From assembly GCA_002306335.1 (NCBI GenBank), contig DBRT01000030.1, forward strand, positions 13,759-77,758: DNA of 64,000 bases. The letters run 5' to 3'. The notes beneath the pieces were generated by a model that saw nothing but the letters and a program-made list of their open reading frames with translations, ran no database searches and was not told the origin of the DNA. The stretch is from Bacillales bacterium UBA1361 (lineage in GTDB: Bacteria > Bacillota_I > Bacilli_A > RFN20 > CAG-826). This document shows positions 19,800-30,196 of this stretch, one piece after another. A program made the translations under genes and the position numbers. Each line of letters begins with the position of its first letter. Position 1 is the first letter of the stretch.

Positions 19800-21089
19800 A
19801 TGAGCGAAGAGAAAGTTAGCACAACCCAGGATTTAAAAGTACAAAAGCAAACGAAGCGTGATCGTCGCTATCTTATTAATATCATCGTAATTTTATTAAT
19901 TACTTTTGGGTACACTACTTACTCATTATGGAATGAACTCCCAGCGGTAATAAATGTGTTCCGTGGCACGGAAGCTGATTACCGCATGATTATAATAATT
20001 ATTGTTTTAATTGCTCTAAAGTTTTTTATTGAAGGCATTATCTTATTTATTTTTGCTAGGCTTTATACCCCGACTTATAAAATACATCGCGGTGTCGCGA
20101 ATGCTTTTATTGGTCAATTTTATAATGATATTACTCCGAGTGCTACAGGTGGTCAATTTGCGCAGGTAAAAACTTTTGCGCAACAAGGAGTGCCAGTATC
20201 AATTGGAGCTTCCATTATGGTGATGCACTTTATTTTGTATCAAATTGTGCTTGTTGTTTTTGGTGGATTACTTATTCTTTTAAACCTTGGAGAATTTGCG
20301 CGACTTGGTTCGGTTAGTATTTTTAAACTTAATATTCCAGTGTGGGTTTTTGCTTCATTTGGGTTTTTAGCTAACTTAGTTACGATAGTTGGGCTATTTT
20401 TACTAGCGTACTCGAGACGTGTTCATCACTTTGTTATTAATGTTGTAGTCGATCTTTTAGCGAAAATTAAAATTGTTAAAAGACCTGAATATCGTAAAAA
20501 TAAACTTTATACTTCAACTGAGAACTTCAGAATTGAGTTACGGCGCTTAAGTTCAAACGTGCCAGCTTCAATTCTTATTATGGTTCTCTTTTTCTTAAAA
20601 TTTATTGTTAACTATTCAGTTACATATTTTGTGGCTTTAATGTTAAATCCAGCATTGTATGGCGGTCTTTCCTTTTGGGAAACAATTTCTAAGACTGGTT
20701 TCTTAGGAATGATTACAGGCTTTATTCCAATTCCTGGCGCTGCTGGGTTTGCCGAATATTTTTACGAAATCATCTTCTCCCCTGTTTTTGGTGGAGATGC
20801 CGCCTTTACGAAAGCAGTTCAGCTTATCTGGCGGGTGGCAACATTTTATGTTAACTTAATCGTTGGCGGATTTGTGACGGCCTTCTATCGTTCGAGTATG
20901 GAAGAAATTGTTGATGAAACGGGTCACGTTAAAACATTTGAAGAAGTTAAGAGTTACACCTTTGCTGAACGTCGTGAAACTAGTGTGACGATGTATGCCA
21001 CAAGTCAATTATCAATTAAAGAAATTCAGCGTCGTTTATCACCTAAGAAAAAACGAAGATGGCGCAATCATAAAGAGGATCAAGAATAA
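19800..21089 (+). CDS. MprF transmembrane-domain-like / flippase-like membrane protein (UPF0104 family)
   Basis: 429 aa, polytopic, resembles the lysyl-PG synthase TM region. No synthase domain present. Confidence 0.5.
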   Translation: MSEEKVSTTQDLKVQKQTKRDRRYLINIIVILLITFGYTTYSLWNELPAVINVFRGTEADYRMIIIIIVLIALKFFIEGIILFIFARLYTPTYKIHRGVANAFIGQFYNDITPSATGGQFAQVKTFAQQGVPVSIGASIMVMHFILYQIVLVVFGGLLILLNLGEFARLGSVSIFKLNIPVWVFASFGFLANLVTIVGLFLLAYSRRVHHFVINVVVDLLAKIKIVKRPEYRKNKLYTSTENFRIELRRLSSNVPASILIMVLFFLKFIVNYSVTYFVALMLNPALYGGLSFWETISKTGFLGMITGFIPIPGAAGFAEYFYEIIFSPVFGGDAAFTKAVQLIWRVATFYVNLIVGGFVTAFYRSSMEEIVDETGHVKTFEEVKSYTFAERRETSVTMYATSQLSIKEIQRRLSPKKKRRWRNHKEDQE

Positions 21090-22258
21090 TGCGAATTGCA
21101 ATGTTTACTGATACATTTGTCCCTGACACTAATGGGGTCGCCGTTTCTAGTTATAATCTTTTTAAAGCACTTAACGATCGCGGTCATTACTGTGTTGTTG
21201 TTACTTCTAATCCTTTTTCCAAAGAAGTAACATTTATCGATAATGTTTTGCGGATTCCCGGAATTGAAATGAAAAAACTCTATGGTTACAACTTTGCGGG
21301 ACCAAACCGTAAAGCACATAAGATTTTAAAAAAGCTTAAAATCGATATCGTTCATGTTCAAAATGAAGCGGGGATGGGTATATTTGGAAAAAGTTTTGCT
21401 CGTCAACAAAAGATTCCTTATGTGTATACATATCACACAATGTATGAAGATTATACTTATTACGCGACAAAAGGACGGATGGAAACATTTGCTAAAGCTA
21501 TTATCCGTCGCTTTTCACGATGGCAAGCAGAAATTGCTGATGAATTTATTGTACCAAGTGATAAAACAAAGGTGTCACTTCGCGAATATGGGGTTCAGCG
21601 TTATATAAATGTTATTCCGTCGGGTGTCGATTTTTCAAAATTTATGTATAATCCTGAAGATAAACCTTTCCTTGATGAATATAAAAAGGAACACGGGTTA
21701 GACGGCACTTTTAACTTAGTGTATGTTGGACGTGTTGCAAAAGAAAAAAGTATTGATGTCGTAATTAGGGGTTATGCACTTTATGTTAAAAAGAATCTAA
21801 ATCATAATACTAGACTCATCATCGTTGGCGGAGGACCGGCAATTCCTGAATTAGAAGAACTTGCAGAAAAATTACAAATTGCTCCGTTTGTCCATTTTGT
21901 CGGCAAAGTCTTACCTGCGGATATTGGCAAGTATTATCATTTAGGGGAAGTGTTTGTTAGTGCCTCAATTAGTGAAACCCAAGGCTTAACCTTTATGGAA
22001 GCGATGGCTGCAGAACGCCTTTTACTTTGTCGTTTTGATGAAGGGCTTGTCGGGGTGATTAGAGACGGTGAATCAGGTTTCTTTTTCCGTAGTGAAGAAG
22101 ACTTTTGTGAGATGGTGAAGAAAATTCGCAGTTTATCCACAAAAGAAATTCGCAATATATTAGATGAAGCAAACAATATAGTTGATTATTACAGTAATGA
22201 CCGTTTCGTAGAAAGATGCGAGCACGTCTATTTAAGAGCCCTTCGTAATAGTTGGTAA
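21089..22258 (+). CDS. GT4 glycosyltransferase, diacylglycerol glucosyltransferase-like (glycolipid synthase)
   Basis: 389 aa with a GT-B fold signature (MRIAMFTDTFVP N-terminus, E..G motif ETQGLTFMEAMA). Resembles the Acholeplasma MGS/DGS family. Confidence 0.65.
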   Translation: MRIAMFTDTFVPDTNGVAVSSYNLFKALNDRGHYCVVVTSNPFSKEVTFIDNVLRIPGIEMKKLYGYNFAGPNRKAHKILKKLKIDIVHVQNEAGMGIFGKSFARQQKIPYVYTYHTMYEDYTYYATKGRMETFAKAIIRRFSRWQAEIADEFIVPSDKTKVSLREYGVQRYINVIPSGVDFSKFMYNPEDKPFLDEYKKEHGLDGTFNLVYVGRVAKEKSIDVVIRGYALYVKKNLNHNTRLIIVGGGPAIPELEELAEKLQIAPFVHFVGKVLPADIGKYYHLGEVFVSASISETQGLTFMEAMAAERLLLCRFDEGLVGVIRDGESGFFFRSEEDFCEMVKKIRSLSTKEIRNILDEANNIVDYYSNDRFVERCEHVYLRALRNSW

Positions 22259-23028
22259 TGGTTAAAATTATAAATATCACATTGAAGAAAGAGCAATACA
22301 ATATCACTTTTGATAATGGTGAAGAACTATTAGTAAGTGCAGAAACAATTGCGGAGTTTTTTCTTTATAATGGCAAAGAGTTATCACTAAAAGACTTAGC
22401 GAAAATTAAAGAATATGAAGCACAGACTAAGCATTTTAGTTACGCTAGTAACTTATTAGCGAGAAGACCTTACACAAGTCATGAAATACGTGAAAAACTC
22501 CGCAAAAGGTGTGTAAATGAGGAAGTTATTGATTTAATAGTCGATAAACTTAAGCGTCTTAATTTAATTAATGACTTACGGTATGCACTTGATAAAATAC
22601 AGTATTTAATTAATGTTAAAAAGTGCTCTACTCGTGCTATTGAGCAAGATTTATTAAGGCGTGGTATTCACCCCTATGTTATTAAGGATGCTCTTGCGCA
22701 ATCGCCACGTGACGAGCGACGTGAACTTGAAATACTTATACCTAAATTACTAAAATCGTATCGTAATGAATCACTGCGCCGTGCTTATCAAAAACTTAAA
22801 ACTAAATTATATAGTCTCGGCTTTGAAAGTGATAATATTGATGAAGTTTTAGCGAAATTTAATGTAGAAGATTATATCGATGAAACAGAAAATATTAAGA
22901 AAGCACTAGTGAAACTAGAAAAGAAGGCAAAAGGTGACACTAAAGTGTTGTATAATAAATTAGTTATCGCGGGTTATCCCGCTTCCTTAATTCGTAAATT
23001 GTTGGAGGATTATAGTTATGAAAATTAA
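22252..23028 (+). CDS. recX: RecX family regulatory protein
   Basis: 258 aa of helical repeats typical of RecX (RRPYTSHEIREKL). Overlaps the glycosyltransferase stop. Confidence 0.65.
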   Translation: MVMVKIINITLKKEQYNITFDNGEELLVSAETIAEFFLYNGKELSLKDLAKIKEYEAQTKHFSYASNLLARRPYTSHEIREKLRKRCVNEEVIDLIVDKLKRLNLINDLRYALDKIQYLINVKKCSTRAIEQDLLRRGIHPYVIKDALAQSPRDERRELEILIPKLLKSYRNESLRRAYQKLKTKLYSLGFESDNIDEVLAKFNVEDYIDETENIKKALVKLEKKAKGDTKVLYNKLVIAGYPASLIRKLLEDYSYEN

Positions 23029-23968
23029 AGATTTAAATGATGGCATTCGTGTTATTGAAAATTATTTAGTGACGAATGTAACTAAAGGTGTATCAAATAA
23101 CGGTCAAATGTATCTAACGGTCAGTTTGCAAGATAATACAGGCCAAATTGAAGCGCGGGTATGGGACGCAAATGAAAATGATGTAGAAGTATTTAAACAA
23201 GGTAACTTTGTGCGGGTTGTCGCTGATGTTATTGAATACCGTTCGAATTTACAACTGAAAGTCATGACGGGTGAAGTCCTAAATCCTAAAGAGGTTAGAC
23301 TTGATGAATTTACAATGGCAAGCCCGGTTAAACTTGAAACTTTAACTGCGGAACTTGATCGTTTACTCTCTTCATTTGCGGACACGGATATTCAGCGGCT
23401 CGTGGAACGACTAATCAGTGATCGTTATGAAGCTTTTATAACTTATCCTGCCGCGAGCAGATTACATCATGAATATACACACGGTTTGCTTGAACACACA
23501 ATTACCATCGCTAATCTTGCAGATCGTATCATTGATTATTATTTAGAGTTGTATGAAGGTGATTGGCATATTAATCGCGATTTAGTTATTGCGGGCATTT
23601 TACTGCATGACTTAGGTAAAACAATTGAATTAAGTGGACCAGTGTTAACTAGTTATACAGTTGCTGGTAGACTTGTTGGCCATATTTCACTAATGAACGC
23701 TGAACTTTTAAAAGTTGCAGAAGAACTTGAAATTAAAAGTGAAATGCCAATTCTTTTATCACATATCATCTTATCGCATCACGGTAAGCTTGAATACGGT
23801 TCACCTGTAACTCCAATGACAAAAGAAGCACAACTCGTGAGTATGATTGATGACTTAGATGCCAAAATGAAATTAATTGAAAAAGCGCTCAACACAACAA
23901 ACAGCGGTGAATTCACTGATCGGTTGTGGGCGCTTGATTCAACGAGTTTTTATAAACCGAAAAAATAA
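23018..23968 (+). CDS. yhaM: 3'-5' exoribonuclease YhaM (OB-fold + HD domain)
   Basis: 316 aa with an N-terminal OB fold and an HD motif (HHEYTHGLLEHT..HD). Confidence 0.8.
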   Translation: MKIKDLNDGIRVIENYLVTNVTKGVSNNGQMYLTVSLQDNTGQIEARVWDANENDVEVFKQGNFVRVVADVIEYRSNLQLKVMTGEVLNPKEVRLDEFTMASPVKLETLTAELDRLLSSFADTDIQRLVERLISDRYEAFITYPAASRLHHEYTHGLLEHTITIANLADRIIDYYLELYEGDWHINRDLVIAGILLHDLGKTIELSGPVLTSYTVAGRLVGHISLMNAELLKVAEELEIKSEMPILLSHIILSHHGKLEYGSPVTPMTKEAQLVSMIDDLDAKMKLIEKALNTTNSGEFTDRLWALDSTSFYKPKK

Positions 23969-24385
23969 TTATAAACCAGACTTAATTTTTTCCACGACTG
24001 CTGGGAAGTTTAAATCGCCATCAAGGTGTTCAACCATGGCGATTTTTAATCCGTCTTTTTTACCATAACGCGGGATTACATGGACATGAAAGTGCGGGAC
24101 GCTTTGACCAGCGGGCGGATAATTATTAATTAAAATATTAACGCCTTGCGCTTTAAGTGTTTTAATTTGCACTTGGCCGATACGTTGCGCGACATCCATG
24201 ACGTTGTACATTAATTTACGCGGAGTGCCTAAAAATGTTTCGTGGTGTTCTTTAGGAATAACTAAAGTGTGACCCGGAGCGGTTGGGGAAATATCAAGAA
24301 AAGCAAGGACATCATTATCTTCATAGACGATGGCACCTGGGATTTCTCGGCGAATTATCTTACAAAAAACACAATCTTTACTCAT
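23969..24385 (-). CDS. HIT family hydrolase (Hint-like)
   Basis: 138 aa with histidine triad HFHVHVIP. Convergent with yhaM with zero spacer. Confidence 0.85.
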   Translation of the reverse strand: MSKDCVFCKIIRREIPGAIVYEDNDVLAFLDISPTAPGHTLVIPKEHHETFLGTPRKLMYNVMDVAQRIGQVQIKTLKAQGVNILINNYPPAGQSVPHFHVHVIPRYGKKDGLKIAMVEHLDGDLNFPAVVEKIKSGL

Positions 24386-24430
24386 TAGTGTTCCTCCTTT
24401 ATCTATATATTAATTATAACAAATATCTGT

Positions 24431-24459
24431 AAATAAAAACCGCAGGGGTTAACCTGCGG
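24431..24459 (-). terminator. rho-independent terminator (minus strand) after lipoprotein gene
   Basis: Stem CCGCAGG/CCTGCGG, followed by a U-tract on the minus strand. Confidence 0.6.
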
Positions 24460-24486
24460 TCGTTATTTAATAAATAGAAGGTATGC

Positions 24487-26049
24487 TTATTTCTTCTTTT
24501 TTTCATCATCGAAGATATCAGGGAATTTTTCTTTGAAGAAATCATAGACATCTTCGTCATGGAAGACAATCTTTAAGTCTTTCATGTAGAAGTTAAGCGC
24601 ATTAGTTTTAGTCGCATCGAGTTTCGCTAAAGCTTCAGTAACATGGGCAACAATTTCCGCAATTTCTGCTTCAGTTTTGAAATGCTCATATGAATTTAAG
24701 TCATCATCTTTAGCGGCAAGTTTAGCGGTGTTAACGGCTTCAACGATTTTAACGATGTAGAATGTATCGTTTTCGAAGAAGAGGAAGTTACGATTGTTAC
24801 CTTTTTCATAAGTTTTGGGGACTAGGTAATAATCGTCATGAATATTACGAACGAAGGTTGACGCAACTTTCTTGTTTTCGGCGTCGCCTTCCCATTTACC
24901 AGCATCAGCAAGGACACCAGCGTCGTCTTTTAAGAAGTCAACACTATTAGCGACACCAATGTTGAATAAGCGGGAGCGGATAGCTTCTGGTAGACTACTA
25001 AAGCCACCATCTTTAATACCCCAGTCTTTCGTGACGAATGATTGTTTACGCACTTCATTAATTTCAATTTGTTTCCCAACTTCTTTTGGATATTTACCAC
25101 TGCCAGTGAAACGATCTTCAATCGCTTTGTCAGTTAAGTCAGGGTTAGCTTTAATTTTGGCGAAATCACTTTCAATGTCACCAATTAAGGTTTTGTTAAC
25201 TTCAGCGGTTTTAAGTCCAGTTGCGGCTAGAAGTGCAGCTTCATTACCAATAAAGTCTGGTTCATAACCTCTCCAAGCATTAGCAAGGATATTGAAGTCA
25301 GCAGGCTCGGCGCCTAAGATATTATTATCAATAAAGGCATTAACGAGTGCACTAGCGGCGGTTGGGTGGTTACTATTATTTTTAATAGCGACATATTCAA
25401 CCTTCCGGGCATAGTTACGGCCGAGGGTGGAAGTTTGTTCTTCCTTAACGAATTTTTCTGTTAATTTTTCGCGATAAATCTTATCAACATAGCGATCTTG
25501 CATGTAATGCTTATAGTAATCGATATGGACAAGTTTAAAGGCTGGATCGTCAAAGTTATCTTTGTTGACGATTGGAAGGAATAAGCCTTCTTTGTAGAAT
25601 GGTAAGGTATCAATCGCACCAATGGCGACTTCGTTGCCGTTAGCGTCCACTAGGTAGCTATTTTCCGTTCCGTATACTCTTTCAACGACGTATTTCTTTT
25701 CGTCAAAGATTGAGCGATATGTGTATGAACCGCTTAATAGTTCATCATAGAAATAATGTTTCGCGCGTGTATCGACTGCGAGTTTGAATGGGTCGTCTGC
25801 GGCTAATTTGTCGTATGGACCAAATTCATGTTCGGCAATCGTAAGTAACACTTCGTCTAATACGAATTGTTTAAAGTTCGCGAAGTCATGATATTTCTTA
25901 TAGACATTTTCTAATGTGTTGTTAACAACTTCGCTTAATTCGTCGACAAGCACAGTTTTATCTAAATCAACTGGTTCGGCGGTAATTTTGTCACAACCAG
26001 TTAAGAGAAGTGCAGCGACGGCTAAGCCTAATAAATATTTACGTTTCAC
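24487..26049 (-). CDS. lipoprotein, paralog of PrsA-like foldase (PPIase motif degenerate)
   Basis: GTG start at 26049 with RBS GGAGG embedded in the upstream gene's last codons. Lipobox LLLTGC. Start and stop are translationally coupled. Confidence 0.45.
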   Translation of the reverse strand: MKRKYLLGLAVAALLLTGCDKITAEPVDLDKTVLVDELSEVVNNTLENVYKKYHDFANFKQFVLDEVLLTIAEHEFGPYDKLAADDPFKLAVDTRAKHYFYDELLSGSYTYRSIFDEKKYVVERVYGTENSYLVDANGNEVAIGAIDTLPFYKEGLFLPIVNKDNFDDPAFKLVHIDYYKHYMQDRYVDKIYREKLTEKFVKEEQTSTLGRNYARKVEYVAIKNNSNHPTAASALVNAFIDNNILGAEPADFNILANAWRGYEPDFIGNEAALLAATGLKTAEVNKTLIGDIESDFAKIKANPDLTDKAIEDRFTGSGKYPKEVGKQIEINEVRKQSFVTKDWGIKDGGFSSLPEAIRSRLFNIGVANSVDFLKDDAGVLADAGKWEGDAENKKVASTFVRNIHDDYYLVPKTYEKGNNRNFLFFENDTFYIVKIVEAVNTAKLAAKDDDLNSYEHFKTEAEIAEIVAHVTEALAKLDATKTNALNFYMKDLKIVFHDEDVYDFFKEKFPDIFDDEKKKK

Positions 26050-26053
26050 TCTA

Positions 26054-27805
26054 TTAACCTCCGTAATTGTAGTCATTACCAGCCTTGAAATCATCAATAT
26101 ATGTTTCAGGAACAAGGCGGTCGGTACGTGCGACTTCCTGTTGATCTAAATATTCAATCCATTCGCTCCATAATTTATCAAGATCTTGGTCGAGTTGGAA
26201 TTGGGAACGAGCGTATTGGTTCGCTAGATATTTATCAAGCGCTGCTTTGAGTTCAGCATCATGGAACTTCACATCAAGATATGTCACTAACTTTTGGAAA
26301 ATGCGATCGTTGATTGTTGGGTCAAATGCTTTAACTTCATTACGAATCTTGTCGATTCTTTCTTTTGTGCCACGGGCGTCAAGTGCTAAGAAGTTGACAA
26401 AGGCATCAATATCGTTACCAGCATCGTCTTTTGGGAAAGCAGCGGTTCCTGGGGTTTCGATTGTGTAGTAGTCTTTTAAAGTAACGCCGTTTACGGTGTC
26501 ATAAAGAGCACTGCGTTCGACAACGATGAAGTGGATTCCTTCATAACTTCCGGCTGAACCAGCGCGCACGACTAAGATAACATTACCTTTTTCGTCGGTT
26601 AAAACTTTTTTACCACCGAGTTCTGGAAGAGCTTTAAATCCAGGAAGGGCAGCAAATTCAGCTTTTTCTACACCGACTTCGTCAAGGACATTAACTTCAT
26701 TTGGAGTAATGACTCCAATGTTATGTTTATTAAAGTATTTATTAAAGATAATGTTACGTGGGAAGAAGGCGGCATCACCGTCATTTACTTCTTTACCAGC
26801 ATCGCTCTTTTCGATTTCACGAACAGCGGCGAGTTTAAGCGCAGCGCCGTAAGGAATTTCGTCAAGTCCGAGTGCGTCTAATTTAGTTTTGGCGGTGCCA
26901 GGAATTTTAAGTTTAGCCGCTTTTGCTTCTGGAGTCATAACTCCGTCAGCGTTGTAAAGAGCGTCATAAGCATAAACTCCTAATTTGAACTCATTCACAA
27001 AGTTTGTGGTGAAGTTCATAATGCCTAAGTCACCAAATTGACGGGCACTATCTTCGTCTTCACTATAGCGGTTTGCTAAAAGTCCGAAGGTGTCTTGATG
27101 ATTTGCTAAGGCTACGATAACAGAACTTAATTTGTTCGCATCGTCTTTGGAAATCTTACCGGTAACAAAGTCGTTGTTTGCGGCACCGACTTTAACGAGT
27201 AAGTGACGAACGTGATATGGAAGTTTGTTGTTTAAGTATCCTTCGTAAACAGGATTGTTGTTTTCATCAAGAATTAAATCTCCTGCTTGATTTCGTTCAC
27301 CAACGATTAATTCTTCCATTGCGTTTGTGATCCAGGCGCCTTCGCCTCCATCAAAGAATTGTTTTTTGAGGCGGACTTGCATTTCATCGTATGCGAGTTT
27401 CTCTTCTAATTCTTTTAATGTTTCGACGTTTTTAGTCTTAAGAATTTTCTTAAGTTCATCGTCGTACTTGCCACCACCTTTGGCGTTATTCTTTGCTTGT
27501 TCTTTCACATCGTTAACGCTAAGGGCAGCAATATTATAGATTTCGGTTCGCTCTGTAGTTTGCTCTTCTTTATTAAAGAGAGCGCGAACCACAACTTCAT
27601 AGACGGCGTCGTAATAATCCTTTAGTCCATCAGAGGATTTTAAATAGTCTTCAAACATATCCCCTGCATTAATTTGTACTGGGTTACCATCGATTGTCAC
27701 CGTCACAATATTGCCTTTTTTGTCTGCGACTAAATCTTTACTACATCCGGTAAGAAGTAGTGCCGATAGCGCTAAACCAGCAATAATGCGTTTTGGTTTT
27801 CTCAT
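26054..27805 (-). CDS. prsA: PrsA-like foldase lipoprotein with parvulin PPIase domain
   Basis: Lipobox LLLTGC. Parvulin signature HVRHLLVK...YSEDEDSARQFGDLG...EFK. Confidence 0.55.
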   Translation of the reverse strand: MRKPKRIIAGLALSALLLTGCSKDLVADKKGNIVTVTIDGNPVQINAGDMFEDYLKSSDGLKDYYDAVYEVVVRALFNKEEQTTERTEIYNIAALSVNDVKEQAKNNAKGGGKYDDELKKILKTKNVETLKELEEKLAYDEMQVRLKKQFFDGGEGAWITNAMEELIVGERNQAGDLILDENNNPVYEGYLNNKLPYHVRHLLVKVGAANNDFVTGKISKDDANKLSSVIVALANHQDTFGLLANRYSEDEDSARQFGDLGIMNFTTNFVNEFKLGVYAYDALYNADGVMTPEAKAAKLKIPGTAKTKLDALGLDEIPYGAALKLAAVREIEKSDAGKEVNDGDAAFFPRNIIFNKYFNKHNIGVITPNEVNVLDEVGVEKAEFAALPGFKALPELGGKKVLTDEKGNVILVVRAGSAGSYEGIHFIVVERSALYDTVNGVTLKDYYTIETPGTAAFPKDDAGNDIDAFVNFLALDARGTKERIDKIRNEVKAFDPTINDRIFQKLVTYLDVKFHDAELKAALDKYLANQYARSQFQLDQDLDKLWSEWIEYLDQQEVARTDRLVPETYIDDFKAGNDYNYGG

Positions 27806-28069
27806 ATAATGCTATACCTCCTAATAATATGCTTTTATATTCTATACTTAACTTCCAACCTTTTCAACAAAAATAAGCGTTAATAGTCGATAAATTAACC
27901 AATAACTTATTTTTATATAAAAATAGAATACGAAAATATTGAATTTTTCATGATATTTTAAGGTTTATACAAATATTATGAAAAAGCAAAAGAGATATTT
28001 GTGTATTTTCTAAAGTTTGAATTTTCAAAAATGATAATTAATAAATCAAAATTAATAGGAACGAAGATA

Positions 28070-30196
28070 TTATTTTATTTTGTGCTTATATAAATTGAGA
28101 CGCAGTGCATTAAAAACGACGAGAAGACTAGAAATAACATGGAGGAAACCACCTACTAGTGGTGTAGCGATATTAAATATTGCAAGCGGAATCATTACTA
28201 AGTTATATAAAAATGCCCATATTATATTTTGTTTAATATTGGCTGTTGTTTTCTTTGATAAATCAATAGCAATTAACACTAGTTTTAAATCGTTATCTAA
28301 GAGAGTTACATCTGCTGTATCAGTGGCGATATCAGAAGCATTACTGACAGAGAAACTAACATCCGCTTGTTTTAGGGCAGGTGCATCATTAATTCCGTCA
28401 CCAACAAAAGCAACTACACTATGCTTTTCTTGTAATTTTTTGATGATATGAGCTTTTTCATTCGGTAACACACCACTATAATAATTCTCAATTCCAACTT
28501 TATTTGCTAAGTATTTAGCGGTATTTTCATTATCGCCGGTAATTAGGTAGACATTGATGTTCATCTTTTTAAGTGCTGTAATTAAAGTCTGACTTTCAGC
28601 TTTTATTTCATCTTCCAAAATAATCATATTTACGACCTTTTTATTAATCGCAGTAAAGATGACGACCTTACCTTCACCTGTAAATTTTTCAAATTCATTT
28701 AAGAAAGGATTACTAATATTAGCTTCAGCAATAAAAGTAGCAGAACCCACTATAATTTGATCTTGTAAATATGTGCCTTTAATACCTTTGCCATCAATTA
28801 TTTCATATTCCTCAATTGCAAAAGGAATAATATCTTTTCGATAGTTATTGATAGATTTTCCGATTGGATGAGTGGAATGGATTTCTAAGCCTTTTGTATA
28901 ACTTAAATATCTAATATCGCCAAGATAATCGCTGACTATTAAATCACCTTTAGTAAGGGTTCCTGTTTTATCAAAAGCAATCGCATCAATTTTATTGGCG
29001 AGTTCAAAAAACTCACCGCCTTTATATAGAATTTTATTTTTAAATGCTAATCCGCTTGCAACTGCAATTGAAGTTGGTGTTGCTAACCCAAGAGCACAAG
29101 GACATGAAACTACCAAGACCGCAGTAGTCACCTCGAGAGAAATTGAGAGTTCTTTCCCTAAAATAAATTGATAAACAAGAAATGATACAAGGGCAATCAT
29201 TAAAATAATAAAAACGAAATATTTAGCAATAACATCCACAGCTTTTTGGAATTTGGGCTTAATAAGCGAAGTTTCTTCAACCGTTTTAATAATTTTAGCT
29301 AGTACAGTATCACTGCCGATAGCACTTACTTTAATCAAAATTGTATTAGATAAATTAGTGGTAGACCCTACAGCGGTATCACCTACACTAAGATATTTAG
29401 GGATTGATTCGCCTGTTATAACTGAATCATCAATATAACTAGCGCCATCAATAATTTCACCATCTAAAGCGATTTTTTCGCCGGCAAGCACTTTTATAAC
29501 ATCGCCAACATTCACATCATTAAGTGAAACTATTTGTTCCTCTCCGTTTTTTATAAGCCTAACTTCATCAACCGCAAGTGCCATTAATGATTTTAATGTA
29601 TCCGTTGTTTTTGCTTGTGAGAGATGTTCTAAATAATCACCAATTGTTACCATCCAAATAAGCATACCGCTCGTTTCAAAAAACAATTGAGTTTTATCTG
29701 TAAAAATAGTTAAATACAAACTATAAAAGAACGCTACTGAAGTACCTAAAACGATTAAAACATCCATTCCTAAATTTTTATTTTTTATTTGATAAAAAGC
29801 ATTTTTATAAAATCTAAATCCAAAAATAAATTGCAATATTGCAGCAAAACCCATTTGGAAATAGCCGTTTAGCATAATATCGGGGACAATGTTTAATCCA
29901 AAATTATCAAACATTGTGTATGCAAGTGGTAACACTAAAATTGTCGCAACTATTAAACGGACTTTTTCATATTTCCGACGTCTTTTTTCATCGTAATCAA
30001 TTGGCGCAGCAGGGAACCCAATCGCTTTTAACTCTTTTAATATGATGGTGAAAGAATCTTTATCACTATATGTAAAGGTCACTTTTTTCTGATTGACATT
30101 TACTTTTGCTTCGATGTTTAATGCTTTAAAGTGCTCAGTAATTGCCATGGCACAATTCGGACAACCAATATTTGGGATTATTAATGTTGTTTTCAT
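28070..30196 (-). CDS. heavy-metal translocating P1B-type ATPase (CopA/CadA-like)
   Basis: N-terminal HMA domain GCPNC, TM CPC motif, DKTGTLT, GDGINDAP. 708 aa. Confidence 0.85.
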   Translation of the reverse strand: MKTTLIIPNIGCPNCAMAITEHFKALNIEAKVNVNQKKVTFTYSDKDSFTIILKELKAIGFPAAPIDYDEKRRRKYEKVRLIVATILVLPLAYTMFDNFGLNIVPDIMLNGYFQMGFAAILQFIFGFRFYKNAFYQIKNKNLGMDVLIVLGTSVAFFYSLYLTIFTDKTQLFFETSGMLIWMVTIGDYLEHLSQAKTTDTLKSLMALAVDEVRLIKNGEEQIVSLNDVNVGDVIKVLAGEKIALDGEIIDGASYIDDSVITGESIPKYLSVGDTAVGSTTNLSNTILIKVSAIGSDTVLAKIIKTVEETSLIKPKFQKAVDVIAKYFVFIILMIALVSFLVYQFILGKELSISLEVTTAVLVVSCPCALGLATPTSIAVASGLAFKNKILYKGGEFFELANKIDAIAFDKTGTLTKGDLIVSDYLGDIRYLSYTKGLEIHSTHPIGKSINNYRKDIIPFAIEEYEIIDGKGIKGTYLQDQIIVGSATFIAEANISNPFLNEFEKFTGEGKVVIFTAINKKVVNMIILEDEIKAESQTLITALKKMNINVYLITGDNENTAKYLANKVGIENYYSGVLPNEKAHIIKKLQEKHSVVAFVGDGINDAPALKQADVSFSVSNASDIATDTADVTLLDNDLKLVLIAIDLSKKTTANIKQNIIWAFLYNLVMIPLAIFNIATPLVGGFLHVISSLLVVFNALRLNLYKHKIK

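Noticed and set aside
28080-28451. 123 aa plus-strand ORF
   Set aside because: Antisense within the well-supported P-type ATPase gene, with no RBS.
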